Assembly: GCA_016204355.1 (NCBI GenBank)
Contig: JACQKT010000018.1
Location: 4,987 to 68,986, forward strand
Direction: 5' to 3'
DNA: 64,000 nt
Source: Candidatus Liptonbacteria bacterium
GTDB taxonomy: Bacteria > Patescibacteriota > Minisyncoccia > UBA6257 > 2-01-FULL-56-20
In this document: piece after piece, positions 55,315-63,210 of the stretch
How the letters are laid out: each line of letters starts with the position of its first letter
Position numbering within the stretch: the first letter of the stretch is position 1
Made by a program: the position numbers and the translations under genes
Notes under the pieces: generated by a model
Database searches by the model: none
What the model was told of the DNA's origin: nothing
Seen by the model: only the letters and a program-made list of their open reading frames with translations

Positions 55315-55536
55315 ATGAAAATTCTTAGGGCTCTCACAATTTTAGGAGATATTGGAATTGTCATTTTCTTAGTCAATGCCTTAATTGATGAATCTAACTC
55401 CGGTTATAGCACCGCAGGAAGTATGTTTATAATTGTTGTGGTTTTCCTTTTAATAATACCTAACCTCTATTTTGTTATTTTTGGAAAAGAGGGGGGGAAA
55501 CTGGATTGGGCTTTTTCTTCAGCGGAAAGCACTTGA
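55315..55536 (+). CDS. small two-TM membrane peptide (73 aa)
   Basis: Two hydrophobic helices. Lies in an AT-rich (about 35% GC) islet. Confidence 0.35.
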   Translation: MKILRALTILGDIGIVIFLVNALIDESNSGYSTAGSMFIIVVVFLLIIPNLYFVIFGKEGGKLDWAFSSAEST

Positions 55537-55621
55537 AGAAAAAAAGAGGATTAGGGATTTGTAGGTTTAGAATCGCGCTCAAAAAGCTGGGAAGGTTTTT
55601 GTCAAAATGATATTCTAATTG

Positions 55622-55630
55622 TGGTATATT
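55622..55630 (+). promoter_or_regulatory. extended -10 promoter element (TGgTATATT)
   Basis: TG-n-TATATT extended -10 with TTGTCA 20 nt upstream. A GAGGAAAAA Shine-Dalgarno follows 8 nt before the ATG at 55661. Confidence 0.35.
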
Positions 55631-55660
55631 GGCCGCCAACAACTGAGTGAGGAAAAACAG

Positions 55661-55900
55661 ATGGATGCGATAATCGCTACCGAAATCGCAGGAAAACTGC
55701 TGAAGCTTTTCAGAAAACATCAGGGTGTCCGCGGAAACACCGGTTGCATGGGTGAAGCTTGCCAGTGCGATGCTTGTCAGGCAGACATGGCAATGGCGGT
55801 GCGGGACATCGTCGAGGAAGGGAAATTTTTCATCGTTAGGAAAGAAGACGTGACCGCGGCACTTGAAAAACTCACGCACCAGGGAATTTTCCAGAACTAA
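55661..55900 (+). CDS. small Cys-rich hypothetical protein (79 aa from the ATG with a good RBS)
   Basis: Contains CMGEACQCDACQ. The track ORF (55619..) starts at TTG inside the predicted promoter, so the ATG at 55661 is the preferred start. Confidence 0.4.
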   Translation: MDAIIATEIAGKLLKLFRKHQGVRGNTGCMGEACQCDACQADMAMAVRDIVEEGKFFIVRKEDVTAALEKLTHQGIFQN

Positions 55901-55977
55901 GATCGGAACACCCTACAGCCCTGCCGGACAGCAAACCAGCCCAGGAATGTTCTCCCCTGGGCTGAACTTTATAAAAT

Positions 55978-56331
55978 TTATTGCGGATTGAGCAGCGGGA
56001 AAATCAGATAATATCCGGCAAAGAAGAAAGCTATCAATAATATCGCGATAAAAGAATAGACAACTGCTGGTTTGGAAAAGAGCGATTCTTTGCGGGGCTT
56101 TTCCGAAAAATCGCTTGCAGGAGCTTTACTTACTGCCGGAATCGCGGTGGCCGCAGGCTTGTTTTCTTTTTCCCTTTCTTCCGCACTTTTGAAAGAAAAT
56201 TTTATTGTTTGCGCTTTCGGAAGAAATCCTCCGCTTTCGGCGACGGATGCGATGTCCGAAGCCATAGTCCTTACGGTTATTTCTGCCGGCGGCGGCGGGA
56301 TATTAGGATTTTGATTTTGCCCCGGTTCCAT
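55978..56331 (-). CDS. hypothetical tail-anchored membrane protein
   Basis: Pro-rich N-terminus, single C-terminal TM (YSFIAILLIAFFFAGYYLIF). Confidence 0.4.
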   Translation of the reverse strand: MEPGQNQNPNIPPPPAEITVRTMASDIASVAESGGFLPKAQTIKFSFKSAEEREKENKPAATAIPAVSKAPASDFSEKPRKESLFSKPAVVYSFIAILLIAFFFAGYYLIFPLLNPQ

Positions 56332-56394
56332 CTCGTTACCGAGATTATAGCAGGTAGCCGGATTTCACAAAACTGCGGTTGGCTTGCCGCAAAC

Positions 56395-58488
56395 TTATTG
56401 AAGTTGTTTCAACGACAATCCGATGTGCCCGTCGGCATCCACGCGGATGATTTTTGCGCGCACGAAATCGCCTACCTTCACCACTTCGTTGACGGTTTTT
56501 ACGAATCCGTTTTTGAGTTCGGAGACATGAATCATTCCGTCGCGCCCGCCGCCCAAATCGACGATAGCACCGAAGTCGAGAATCTTAATAACACTCCCTT
56601 CGATTATCTCTCCAACTTTGTATTCGCGGGTAAGCGCCTTTATTTCCTCGAGCGCCGCGTTCGCCTTTTCGATGTCCGTTCCCGATATGAAAACCCTTCC
56701 GTCTTCTTCGATGTCGATGCTCCCGAGTCCATATTTTTCGATAAGCCCGTTTATCACTTTCCCTCCTGAACCGATGACTGCCCCGATTTTATCCGGATTT
56801 ATCTGAAGCTGTATTATCGTCGGCGCGTAAACCGAAAGTTTTTCCCGCGGAGCCGCAAGTATTCCGGCCATAAAATCGAGTATGCCGAGCCTCGCTTCTT
56901 TCGCCTGCGCCAAAGTTTTTTCTATCATTTCGTAAGTAAGGCCTTCGACTTTCACGTCGAGCTGGACCGCCGTAACGCCGTCCTTTGTTCCTGCAACCTT
57001 GAAATCCATTCCTCCGTAAAAATCTTCGGGGCCCTGTATGTCCGTAAGGATTTTATATTTTCCGTCTCCGCTCACGACAATTCCCATCGCGATTCCCGCA
57101 GCCGGTTTTTCCAAAGGCACGCCGGCATCCATAAGCGAAAGAGTCGATGCGCAAACCGTCGCCATCGAAGAAGAGCCGTTCGAAGAAAGCGTCTCGGCGA
57201 CAACGCGAATGGTATACGGAAATTGCTCTTGCGGCGGAATCAGCGGACGGAGAGCTTTTTCGGCGAGCGCGCCGTGCCCTATCTCGCGCCGTCCCGGTCC
57301 GCGGAAAGTGCCTGTTTCGCCGACGGAATACGGCGGAAAATTATAGTGCAGCATGAACCGCCTTTTGCCGGTTATCTCCATCGTTTCGATGAATTGTTCC
57401 GCGCCCGGCGCGGCGAGTGTCGTTACCGCGAGAGTCTGCGTGTTTCCGCGGATGAAAATCCCCGAGCCGTGCGTTCTTTCGAAAAGGCCTACTTCTCCGT
57501 TGAGATTCCTGACCTGGTTCAGCTTCCTGCCATCGGGGCGTTTCTCCTGCTCCAAAATATTTTTTTGAACGATGGAATTGACAGCGTCTTCCCAGACGAA
57601 ATTCGCCGAGCGCTCATCGAATTTTTCGTTTTCTGAAAGATTCGCAATGTATTCGGCGCGCAGTTTCGACATCGCTTCGTTGTATTCGAGCTTGTTCGGC
57701 TTGTATATCGCGCCTTCAAGTTTGCCTTCCAAAAATTTTTCAGCCGCCGTTTTCAATTCCGCGTCCACTTCGAAAAGTTTCAAATCGGTTTTCTTTTTCC
57801 CGTTTTCCTTTATTATCTTTTCCTGAAAACTCACAAGCTTGTCTATTTCTTTCTGGGCGATGGCGCACGCTTCCAAAATATCTTTTTCGTCGGCCTCTTT
57901 CCCGCCGAGCTCTATCATGCTGATTTTTCCTTTCGGTCCGGCGGCGAATATTTCAAAAACGCAATCGGATTGCCTGATTTGCGAAGATGTCGGATTGATT
58001 ACGAGTTGGTCTCCTATCTTGCCGACACGAACGCCGGAAGCCGGCCCGTTCCAGAGAATATCGGATATGCCGATCGCCATCGATGCCGCCGCAAGCCCGA
58101 CGAAATCCGGGTCGTTTTCTTCGTCGAACGCGAGAACTGTCGCCACAACCTGCATTTCGCGCCTGATGCGTTCGTCAAAAAGCGGCCTGATGACGCGGTC
58201 GACGAGGCGCGCCGAAAGTATCGCGTCTTCTGACGGCCTGCCTTCGCGCCTTACGTAGCGGCTGCCTATAACTTTCCCGGCGGCATAAAATCTTTCCTCA
58301 TAATCCACCTTCAACGGCACGTAATCGAAGTTCCCCTCCGATGCGCCCATCACGGCCGTTACCAAAACAACCGTCTCGCCGTATTTGGCCAAAACCGCTC
58401 CGTTCGCCTGTTCGGCGAGCGAAGATATTTCTATAGTCAATGTTTTCCCGCCGACTTCAGTTGTATATTGTTTTCTTTGTATGGCCAT
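56395..58488 (-). CDS. pnp: polyribonucleotide nucleotidyltransferase (PNPase)
   Basis: Two RNase PH-like domains with C-terminal KH and S1 domains. 697 aa. Confidence 0.9.
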   Translation of the reverse strand: MAIQRKQYTTEVGGKTLTIEISSLAEQANGAVLAKYGETVVLVTAVMGASEGNFDYVPLKVDYEERFYAAGKVIGSRYVRREGRPSEDAILSARLVDRVIRPLFDERIRREMQVVATVLAFDEENDPDFVGLAAASMAIGISDILWNGPASGVRVGKIGDQLVINPTSSQIRQSDCVFEIFAAGPKGKISMIELGGKEADEKDILEACAIAQKEIDKLVSFQEKIIKENGKKKTDLKLFEVDAELKTAAEKFLEGKLEGAIYKPNKLEYNEAMSKLRAEYIANLSENEKFDERSANFVWEDAVNSIVQKNILEQEKRPDGRKLNQVRNLNGEVGLFERTHGSGIFIRGNTQTLAVTTLAAPGAEQFIETMEITGKRRFMLHYNFPPYSVGETGTFRGPGRREIGHGALAEKALRPLIPPQEQFPYTIRVVAETLSSNGSSSMATVCASTLSLMDAGVPLEKPAAGIAMGIVVSGDGKYKILTDIQGPEDFYGGMDFKVAGTKDGVTAVQLDVKVEGLTYEMIEKTLAQAKEARLGILDFMAGILAAPREKLSVYAPTIIQLQINPDKIGAVIGSGGKVINGLIEKYGLGSIDIEEDGRVFISGTDIEKANAALEEIKALTREYKVGEIIEGSVIKILDFGAIVDLGGGRDGMIHVSELKNGFVKTVNEVVKVGDFVRAKIIRVDADGHIGLSLKQLQ

Positions 58489-58562
58489 TTGATATGATTT
58501 ACGATTTATGATTCGAGATTTATGTTTTAAAAATTTTTGCGGAACGATTCATAAATCTTAAA

Positions 58563-59075
58563 TCACTTTCGCAAAATTATCCTCGGTATGTCTTCAATAT
58601 TGACAAATCTGTCGGCCGCTTCCTGTATTTTCCCCGAAGCGCTGCGACGAAAAGCGGCCACTTCCACCAGCCGGCCCACTCCCCATTTCAGATAATCTAC
58701 GAGGGGGCAAAAATCTCCGTCTCCGGTAACAAGTATCACCGAGTCGAGAAACGGCGCCATTCTTATTGCGTCAACCGCCATGCCGACATCCCAATCCGCT
58801 TTTTTCGTGCCGTCCGGATAAATTTGCAAATCTTTCGAGCGCAATTCGAGCCCTTCTTTCTCAAGCGCTTCGAAAAAAGCGGCTTCTCCTATCGCCGTTT
58901 CGCTTTTCACGACGTAAGCGACGGCTCTTATCAGCTGCCGTCCGGCAACAAGATTTTTTATGAGTTCCTTATAATTGACGCGCCCGTGATAAAGATTCTT
59001 GGCCGAATGGTAAAGATTCTGGACGTCGATGAAGATACCGACCCTTTGGTCGGCGTGGATGCTGTTTCCTTTCAT
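58563..59075 (-). CDS. NYN-domain (LabA-like, PIN-fold) predicted ribonuclease
   Basis: IFIDVQNLY...DWDVGMAVDAI...ILVTGDGDF NYN/LabA signature with conserved acidic residues. Confidence 0.65.
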   Translation of the reverse strand: MKGNSIHADQRVGIFIDVQNLYHSAKNLYHGRVNYKELIKNLVAGRQLIRAVAYVVKSETAIGEAAFFEALEKEGLELRSKDLQIYPDGTKKADWDVGMAVDAIRMAPFLDSVILVTGDGDFCPLVDYLKWGVGRLVEVAAFRRSASGKIQEAADRFVNIEDIPRIILRK

Positions 59076-59082
59076 TATTTGT

Positions 59083-59349
59083 TTATTTATTCAGTCCCAG
59101 CTTCTTGACGAGCTTCTGGTGCACCGACGGGTGCCTCTCTTTAAGATAGTTCAAAAACTTGCGGCGCTGGCTGACCATTTTCAAAAGCCCTCTTCTCGAG
59201 TGCTGGTCTTTGGGGTTCTTTTTGAGATGACCGGAAAGCTCGTCTATTCTCCGCGAAAGCACGGCCACCTGAACCTCGGCCGAGCCGGTGTCTTTTTCAT
59301 GTTTCTGCGTATCTTTTATTATTTTTGATTTTACCCGTTTGGTTAACAT
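59083..59349 (-). CDS. rpsO: 30S ribosomal protein S15
   Basis: GSAEVQVAVLSRRIDELSGHLKKNPKDQHSRRGLLKMVSQRRKFLNYL matches the S15 signature. Confidence 0.9.
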   Translation of the reverse strand: MLTKRVKSKIIKDTQKHEKDTGSAEVQVAVLSRRIDELSGHLKKNPKDQHSRRGLLKMVSQRRKFLNYLKERHPSVHQKLVKKLGLNK

Positions 59350-59576
59350 TGCCCAATTATAAAAGGTATTGACGAATAATGCAAATTTTTCCGTTTTTTC
59401 CGTTTGAAATTAAGCCGTTTTTGCGGTAAAATTAGGCACACATGCCAGGTAGTGAAAATTCGATTACTCCCAGGCATGCCGCCGTGATGCATCGCAGCGG
59501 CAGGAACTACTGTTAGCTAAATTATTGCGAAAATTTGTCGTTTAATATTAACTAAATCGAATTTCTACTACCTGGT

Positions 59577-60137
59577 ATGGTAATAAACTATTTCGGAGAC
59601 GGATGCTTCCGGCTGCAAAGCGGCGATATTTCCCTCCTGGTGGACCCTAATAACAATCGCCTCAAGGCAGACATTGTTCTAAAAACGATAATGGCCCCGA
59701 ATGCGGAGATGGCCGAAACGAACGAAATCTCGTTTCCCGGAGAATACGAATTCAAGGATATACATATACAAGGATGGCCGGTCGACAAGGAATCGACGGA
59801 AAAGTTTTTGAAAACGGTCTATCTGGTCAAATGGGAGAATCTCGGTTTTGTTTTTCTTGGACATCTTTCAAACGGCCTTGAGCCGGAAATTGCCGAAGAA
59901 TTCAGCGAACAGGATGTCATTTTTGTCCCTGTCGGAGACCATTTTCTCTCCGAAGAAAACGCCGCGAAGCTCGCGAAAAAGCTTGAGCCCGCCGTCATCA
60001 TACCGGGATTCCTGAAAAAACACGACTCGTTCGCAAAGGCGCTCGGGCAAAAACCGGAAATACAGGAAAAGTTCGTTTTCAAGAAAAAAGACCTGGAAAA
60101 CCTGAAGAATAAACCTATCATTTTGAAAAGTGCGTGA
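59577..60137 (+). CDS. MBL-fold metal-dependent hydrolase-like protein
   Basis: 186 aa with a beta-lactamase-like beta-sandwich pattern (LVDPNNNR...). Weak. Confidence 0.45.
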   Translation: MVINYFGDGCFRLQSGDISLLVDPNNNRLKADIVLKTIMAPNAEMAETNEISFPGEYEFKDIHIQGWPVDKESTEKFLKTVYLVKWENLGFVFLGHLSNGLEPEIAEEFSEQDVIFVPVGDHFLSEENAAKLAKKLEPAVIIPGFLKKHDSFAKALGQKPEIQEKFVFKKKDLENLKNKPIILKSA

Positions 60138-60239
60138 CATAATGCAAATCTACGAATGTATGCTAATGATGCAAATATTACGAATACAATGGAAATAAAA
60201 ATTTGCGGTATTCGCATAAATTAGCGTATTAGCATTACC
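60138..60239. repeat. palindromic GCGAAT/TACGAAT-family element (contains direct-repeat copy A)
   Basis: AATGCAAAT, TACGAATG, ATGCTAATG, ATGCAAAT, TACGAATA followed by inverted TATTCGCAT, TATTAGCAT. The 46-bp segment 60170-60215 is repeated exactly at 60559-60604. Confidence 0.55.
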
Positions 60240-60551
60240 TTGTGGGCATTAGCGAACATGTACGATTTCATAAAAAAATTGCGCGAGGGCGACGACGCCA
60301 CTAAAAGGAAATGGCTCGTTCTTTTTTCGAGCATAGCCATGATACTGGTCGTCTTTGTCTGGATAAAATATTTCAATACCCTGGTGACGTCGGTTGGCGT
60401 TCCTCAGCAGCAGGAAAATGTTTCCGAAAAATTTACTTTTTTGCAAACGCTTGAATCCGGATTGGCTACGATCGGCAACGGAATCGCAGGACTTGCCGGT
60501 TCTCTATTCGAGACGATAAGCCAGCCGAAAAGTTATCTGATACAGCCATGA
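60240..60551 (+). CDS. small single-TM membrane protein (probable start at ATG 60258)
   Basis: MYDFIKKL..., one TM helix (WLVLFSSIAMILVVFVWI). Flanked by the 46-bp direct repeats. Confidence 0.4.
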   Translation: MWALANMYDFIKKLREGDDATKRKWLVLFSSIAMILVVFVWIKYFNTLVTSVGVPQQQENVSEKFTFLQTLESGLATIGNGIAGLAGSLFETISQPKSYLIQP

Positions 60552-60671
60552 AATATAATGCAAATATTACGAATACAATGGAAATAAAAATTTGCGGTAT
60601 TCGCGGCATTCCTGCCTACCGGCAGGCAGGCGTATAAAAATTCGCGTCGTTAGCATTATGTTTTACACACC
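60552..60671. repeat. GCGAAT/TACGAAT-family element (direct-repeat copy B) with hairpin, upstream of gyrA
   Basis: Exact 46-bp copy of 60170-60215, then CCTGCC-tacc-GGCAGG hairpin and TTCGCG / TAGCATTATG words ending 10 nt before the gyrA ATG. Confidence 0.55.
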
Positions 60672-63113
60672 ATGAGCAACATAGAAAAAAGGGAAATAAC
60701 AAAAGAGCTTCAGGAATCGTATCTCAATTACGCGATGTCCGTCATAGTCAGCCGCGCCCTTCCCGACGTACGCGACGGAATGAAACCGGTTCAGCGGCGC
60801 ATTTTGTGGGCAATGTGGGATAGCGGACTGACCCATCTCGCCAAGACCAGGAAATCGGCGAACGTGGTTGGCGAAACAATGGCTCGCTATCACCCTCACG
60901 GCGATACTTCAATCTATGACGCGCTGGCGCGAATGGTGCAGGACTGGTCACTGCGCTATCCGCTTGTCACAGGTCAGGGAAACTTCGGTTCGATAGATGG
61001 CGACTCGCCTGCGGCCATGCGTTACACGGAAGCCAAGCTTTCCAAAATAAGTGAGGAACTGCTCGTCGACATAGAAAAGGAAACTGTCGACTGGCAGGAT
61101 AACTACGACGGTACGCGCCAGGAGCCGAAAGTCCTTCCCGCGAAACTCCCGAACCTTCTTCTTAACGGAACGGTTGGGATTGCCGTGGGAATGGCGACGA
61201 ACATTCCTCCGCACAATCTCAACGAAGTCGCCGACGCCATTCTTCATTTTGCGGAAAATCCCGATGCCGACACCGACGACCTCCTTAAATTCGTAAAAGG
61301 CCCCGATTTCCCAACAGGAGGCGTTATCTTCGACAAAAAAGCCATTCGCGAAGCCTATTCTTCCGGAAAAGGCCCCATTCTGGCGCGCGCGAAAGCCGAC
61401 ATACAGGAAAGAAAAAGCAGGCAATTCGATATCATAATCACCGAAATTCCGTACCAGGTGAACAAATCGGAACTGATAAAACACATGGCGGAGCTGGTGC
61501 AGAACAAAAAGATAGAAGGGATAAGGGACATCCGCGACGAATCGGACCGTGAAGGATTGCGCATCGTCGTCGAGCTTAAATCGGACGCGAACCCGCAGAA
61601 AATTCTGAACCAGCTTTATCAATACACCGACCTTCAGAAATATTTTCATATGAATATGATTGCACTCGTCGACGGAATACAGCCTCAGCTTTTGACGCTG
61701 AAGGATGTGATTGCCGAACATCTCGAATACAGAAAAAAAATCGTACGGTGCCGGACCGAATTCGACCTCAAAAAAGCCAAGGAGCGTGCGCATATTCTTG
61801 AAGGACTGCACAAGGCTCTCGGAGTGATAGACAAAATAATCGCGGCGATAAAAAAATCTAAAGACAGGAATGACGCGCATCAGAATCTCGTAAAGCAATT
61901 CAAATTGAGCGACATCCAGGCGAACGCGATACTCGAAATGCGTCTCCAAACCCTGGCCGCGCTCGAAAGAAAAAAAATAGAAGACGAATTGAAAGAGAAG
62001 CTCGCGCTGATAAAAGATCTGGAGACGATACTCAAAAGCCCGGCGAAAATACTGGGCATAATAAAAACGGAAGTAAAAGAGTTGAAGGGAAAATACGGCG
62101 ACGACAGAAAAACTTCCGTTGTAGACGGCGGCGTGAAAACTTTCAGCGAAGAAGACCTGGTTCCAGAAGAAGAAGCGGTTATAACACTGTCGTCGGGAGG
62201 ATACATAAAACGCCTTCCCCCCGATTCGTTCAAGGCGCAGAAGCGCGGCGGGAAAGGGTTGATAGGGTCGGAAGTGAGCGAAGAAGATTTCATAACGCAA
62301 TTTTTCGCAGCAGGAACCCACGACAACATACTTTTCTTCACCGACCGCGGCAGGGTTTTCCAGACGAAGGTTTACGAAATTCCGGCAGCGAGCAGGGTTT
62401 CCAAGGGCAGGGCGATACATAACTTTCTCGAACTGCCGTCGGATGAAAACGTCAGCGCAGTTGTGAACTACAGCGAAAAGAAAGAGCCCTCCGAAGGCAA
62501 GTATCTGATAATGGTCACCAAAAGCGGCGTCATCAAAAAAACGCCGCTTGAGGATTTCAAAAATATACGCCGGACCGGCATCATCGCGATTAAACTCTCC
62601 GCCCAGGGCGGAAAAAAAGGAGACAGCCTCAAATGGGCGCGTCTATCAAGCGGCTCCGACCAGATAATCCTGGGAACCAAAAACGGCCAGGCGATAAGAT
62701 TCAAGGAAACGCAGGCTAGGCCGATGTCGAGAACGGCGAGCGGAATCAGGGCGATAAAACTGAAGAAGAACGACGAAGTCGCCGGGTTTGATATAATAAA
62801 AAGCGAAACGAAAGAAGCGAAAGTTCTCGCGGTGATGGCGAACGGCTTCGGGAAACAAACCCCTCTGAAGGAGTATAAAATCCAGAACAGGGGCGGCTCC
62901 GGGATAAAGATAGCGAATATCACCCCGAAAACCGGCTCGTTGATCGCGACCCAGCTTATCACCGAACAAACCGAAATTCTCGCACTTTCGGAAAAAGGAC
63001 AGGTTATAAGAACGGGTTTGTCTGGAGTAAGGACCACGGGGCGTTCCGCGCAGGGAGTCCGTATAATGAATCTCAAGCAGGGAGACAAGCTTGCCGGAAT
63101 AGTTTTAATATAA
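60672..63113 (+). CDS. gyrA: DNA gyrase subunit A
   Basis: YAMSVIVSRALPDVRDGMKPVQRRIL and HPHGDTSIYDALARM (GyrA signature including the quinolone-resistance-determining region (QRDR)), six C-terminal beta-pinwheel blades. 813 aa. Confidence 0.95.
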   Translation: MSNIEKREITKELQESYLNYAMSVIVSRALPDVRDGMKPVQRRILWAMWDSGLTHLAKTRKSANVVGETMARYHPHGDTSIYDALARMVQDWSLRYPLVTGQGNFGSIDGDSPAAMRYTEAKLSKISEELLVDIEKETVDWQDNYDGTRQEPKVLPAKLPNLLLNGTVGIAVGMATNIPPHNLNEVADAILHFAENPDADTDDLLKFVKGPDFPTGGVIFDKKAIREAYSSGKGPILARAKADIQERKSRQFDIIITEIPYQVNKSELIKHMAELVQNKKIEGIRDIRDESDREGLRIVVELKSDANPQKILNQLYQYTDLQKYFHMNMIALVDGIQPQLLTLKDVIAEHLEYRKKIVRCRTEFDLKKAKERAHILEGLHKALGVIDKIIAAIKKSKDRNDAHQNLVKQFKLSDIQANAILEMRLQTLAALERKKIEDELKEKLALIKDLETILKSPAKILGIIKTEVKELKGKYGDDRKTSVVDGGVKTFSEEDLVPEEEAVITLSSGGYIKRLPPDSFKAQKRGGKGLIGSEVSEEDFITQFFAAGTHDNILFFTDRGRVFQTKVYEIPAASRVSKGRAIHNFLELPSDENVSAVVNYSEKKEPSEGKYLIMVTKSGVIKKTPLEDFKNIRRTGIIAIKLSAQGGKKGDSLKWARLSSGSDQIILGTKNGQAIRFKETQARPMSRTASGIRAIKLKKNDEVAGFDIIKSETKEAKVLAVMANGFGKQTPLKEYKIQNRGGSGIKIANITPKTGSLIATQLITEQTEILALSEKGQVIRTGLSGVRTTGRSAQGVRIMNLKQGDKLAGIVLI

Positions 63114-63210
63114 TGCGAATGATGCCAATTTTATCGCGAATGACACGAAAATATTTTAGACTGTTTTTCGCATAATTCGCGTCTTATTTCGCATCATTCG
63201 CATTATATTA
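63106..63210. repeat. about 105-bp palindromic GCGAAT-family element exactly filling the gyrA-stop to next-ATG gap
   Basis: TAATATAATGCGAATGATGC (63106-63125, containing the gyrA TAA) and its perfect reverse complement GCATCATTCGCATTATATTA (63191-63210, abutting the ATG at 63211). Interior has CGCGAAT / ATTCGCG. Confidence 0.6.

Noticed and set aside
60948-62420. 490-aa minus-strand ORF antisense to gyrA; similarly 42859..44217 (+, 452 aa, antisense to clpB), 17288..18220 (+, antisense to ligA), 11944..12786 (-, antisense to murD), 49642..50325 and 52270..52962 (antisense to guaA and ftsK), 44324..45013
   Set aside because: The sense-strand genes have unambiguous conserved motifs. The antisense frames are low-complexity and lack any recognisable features. 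Long shadow ORFs are expected opposite well-conserved genes.
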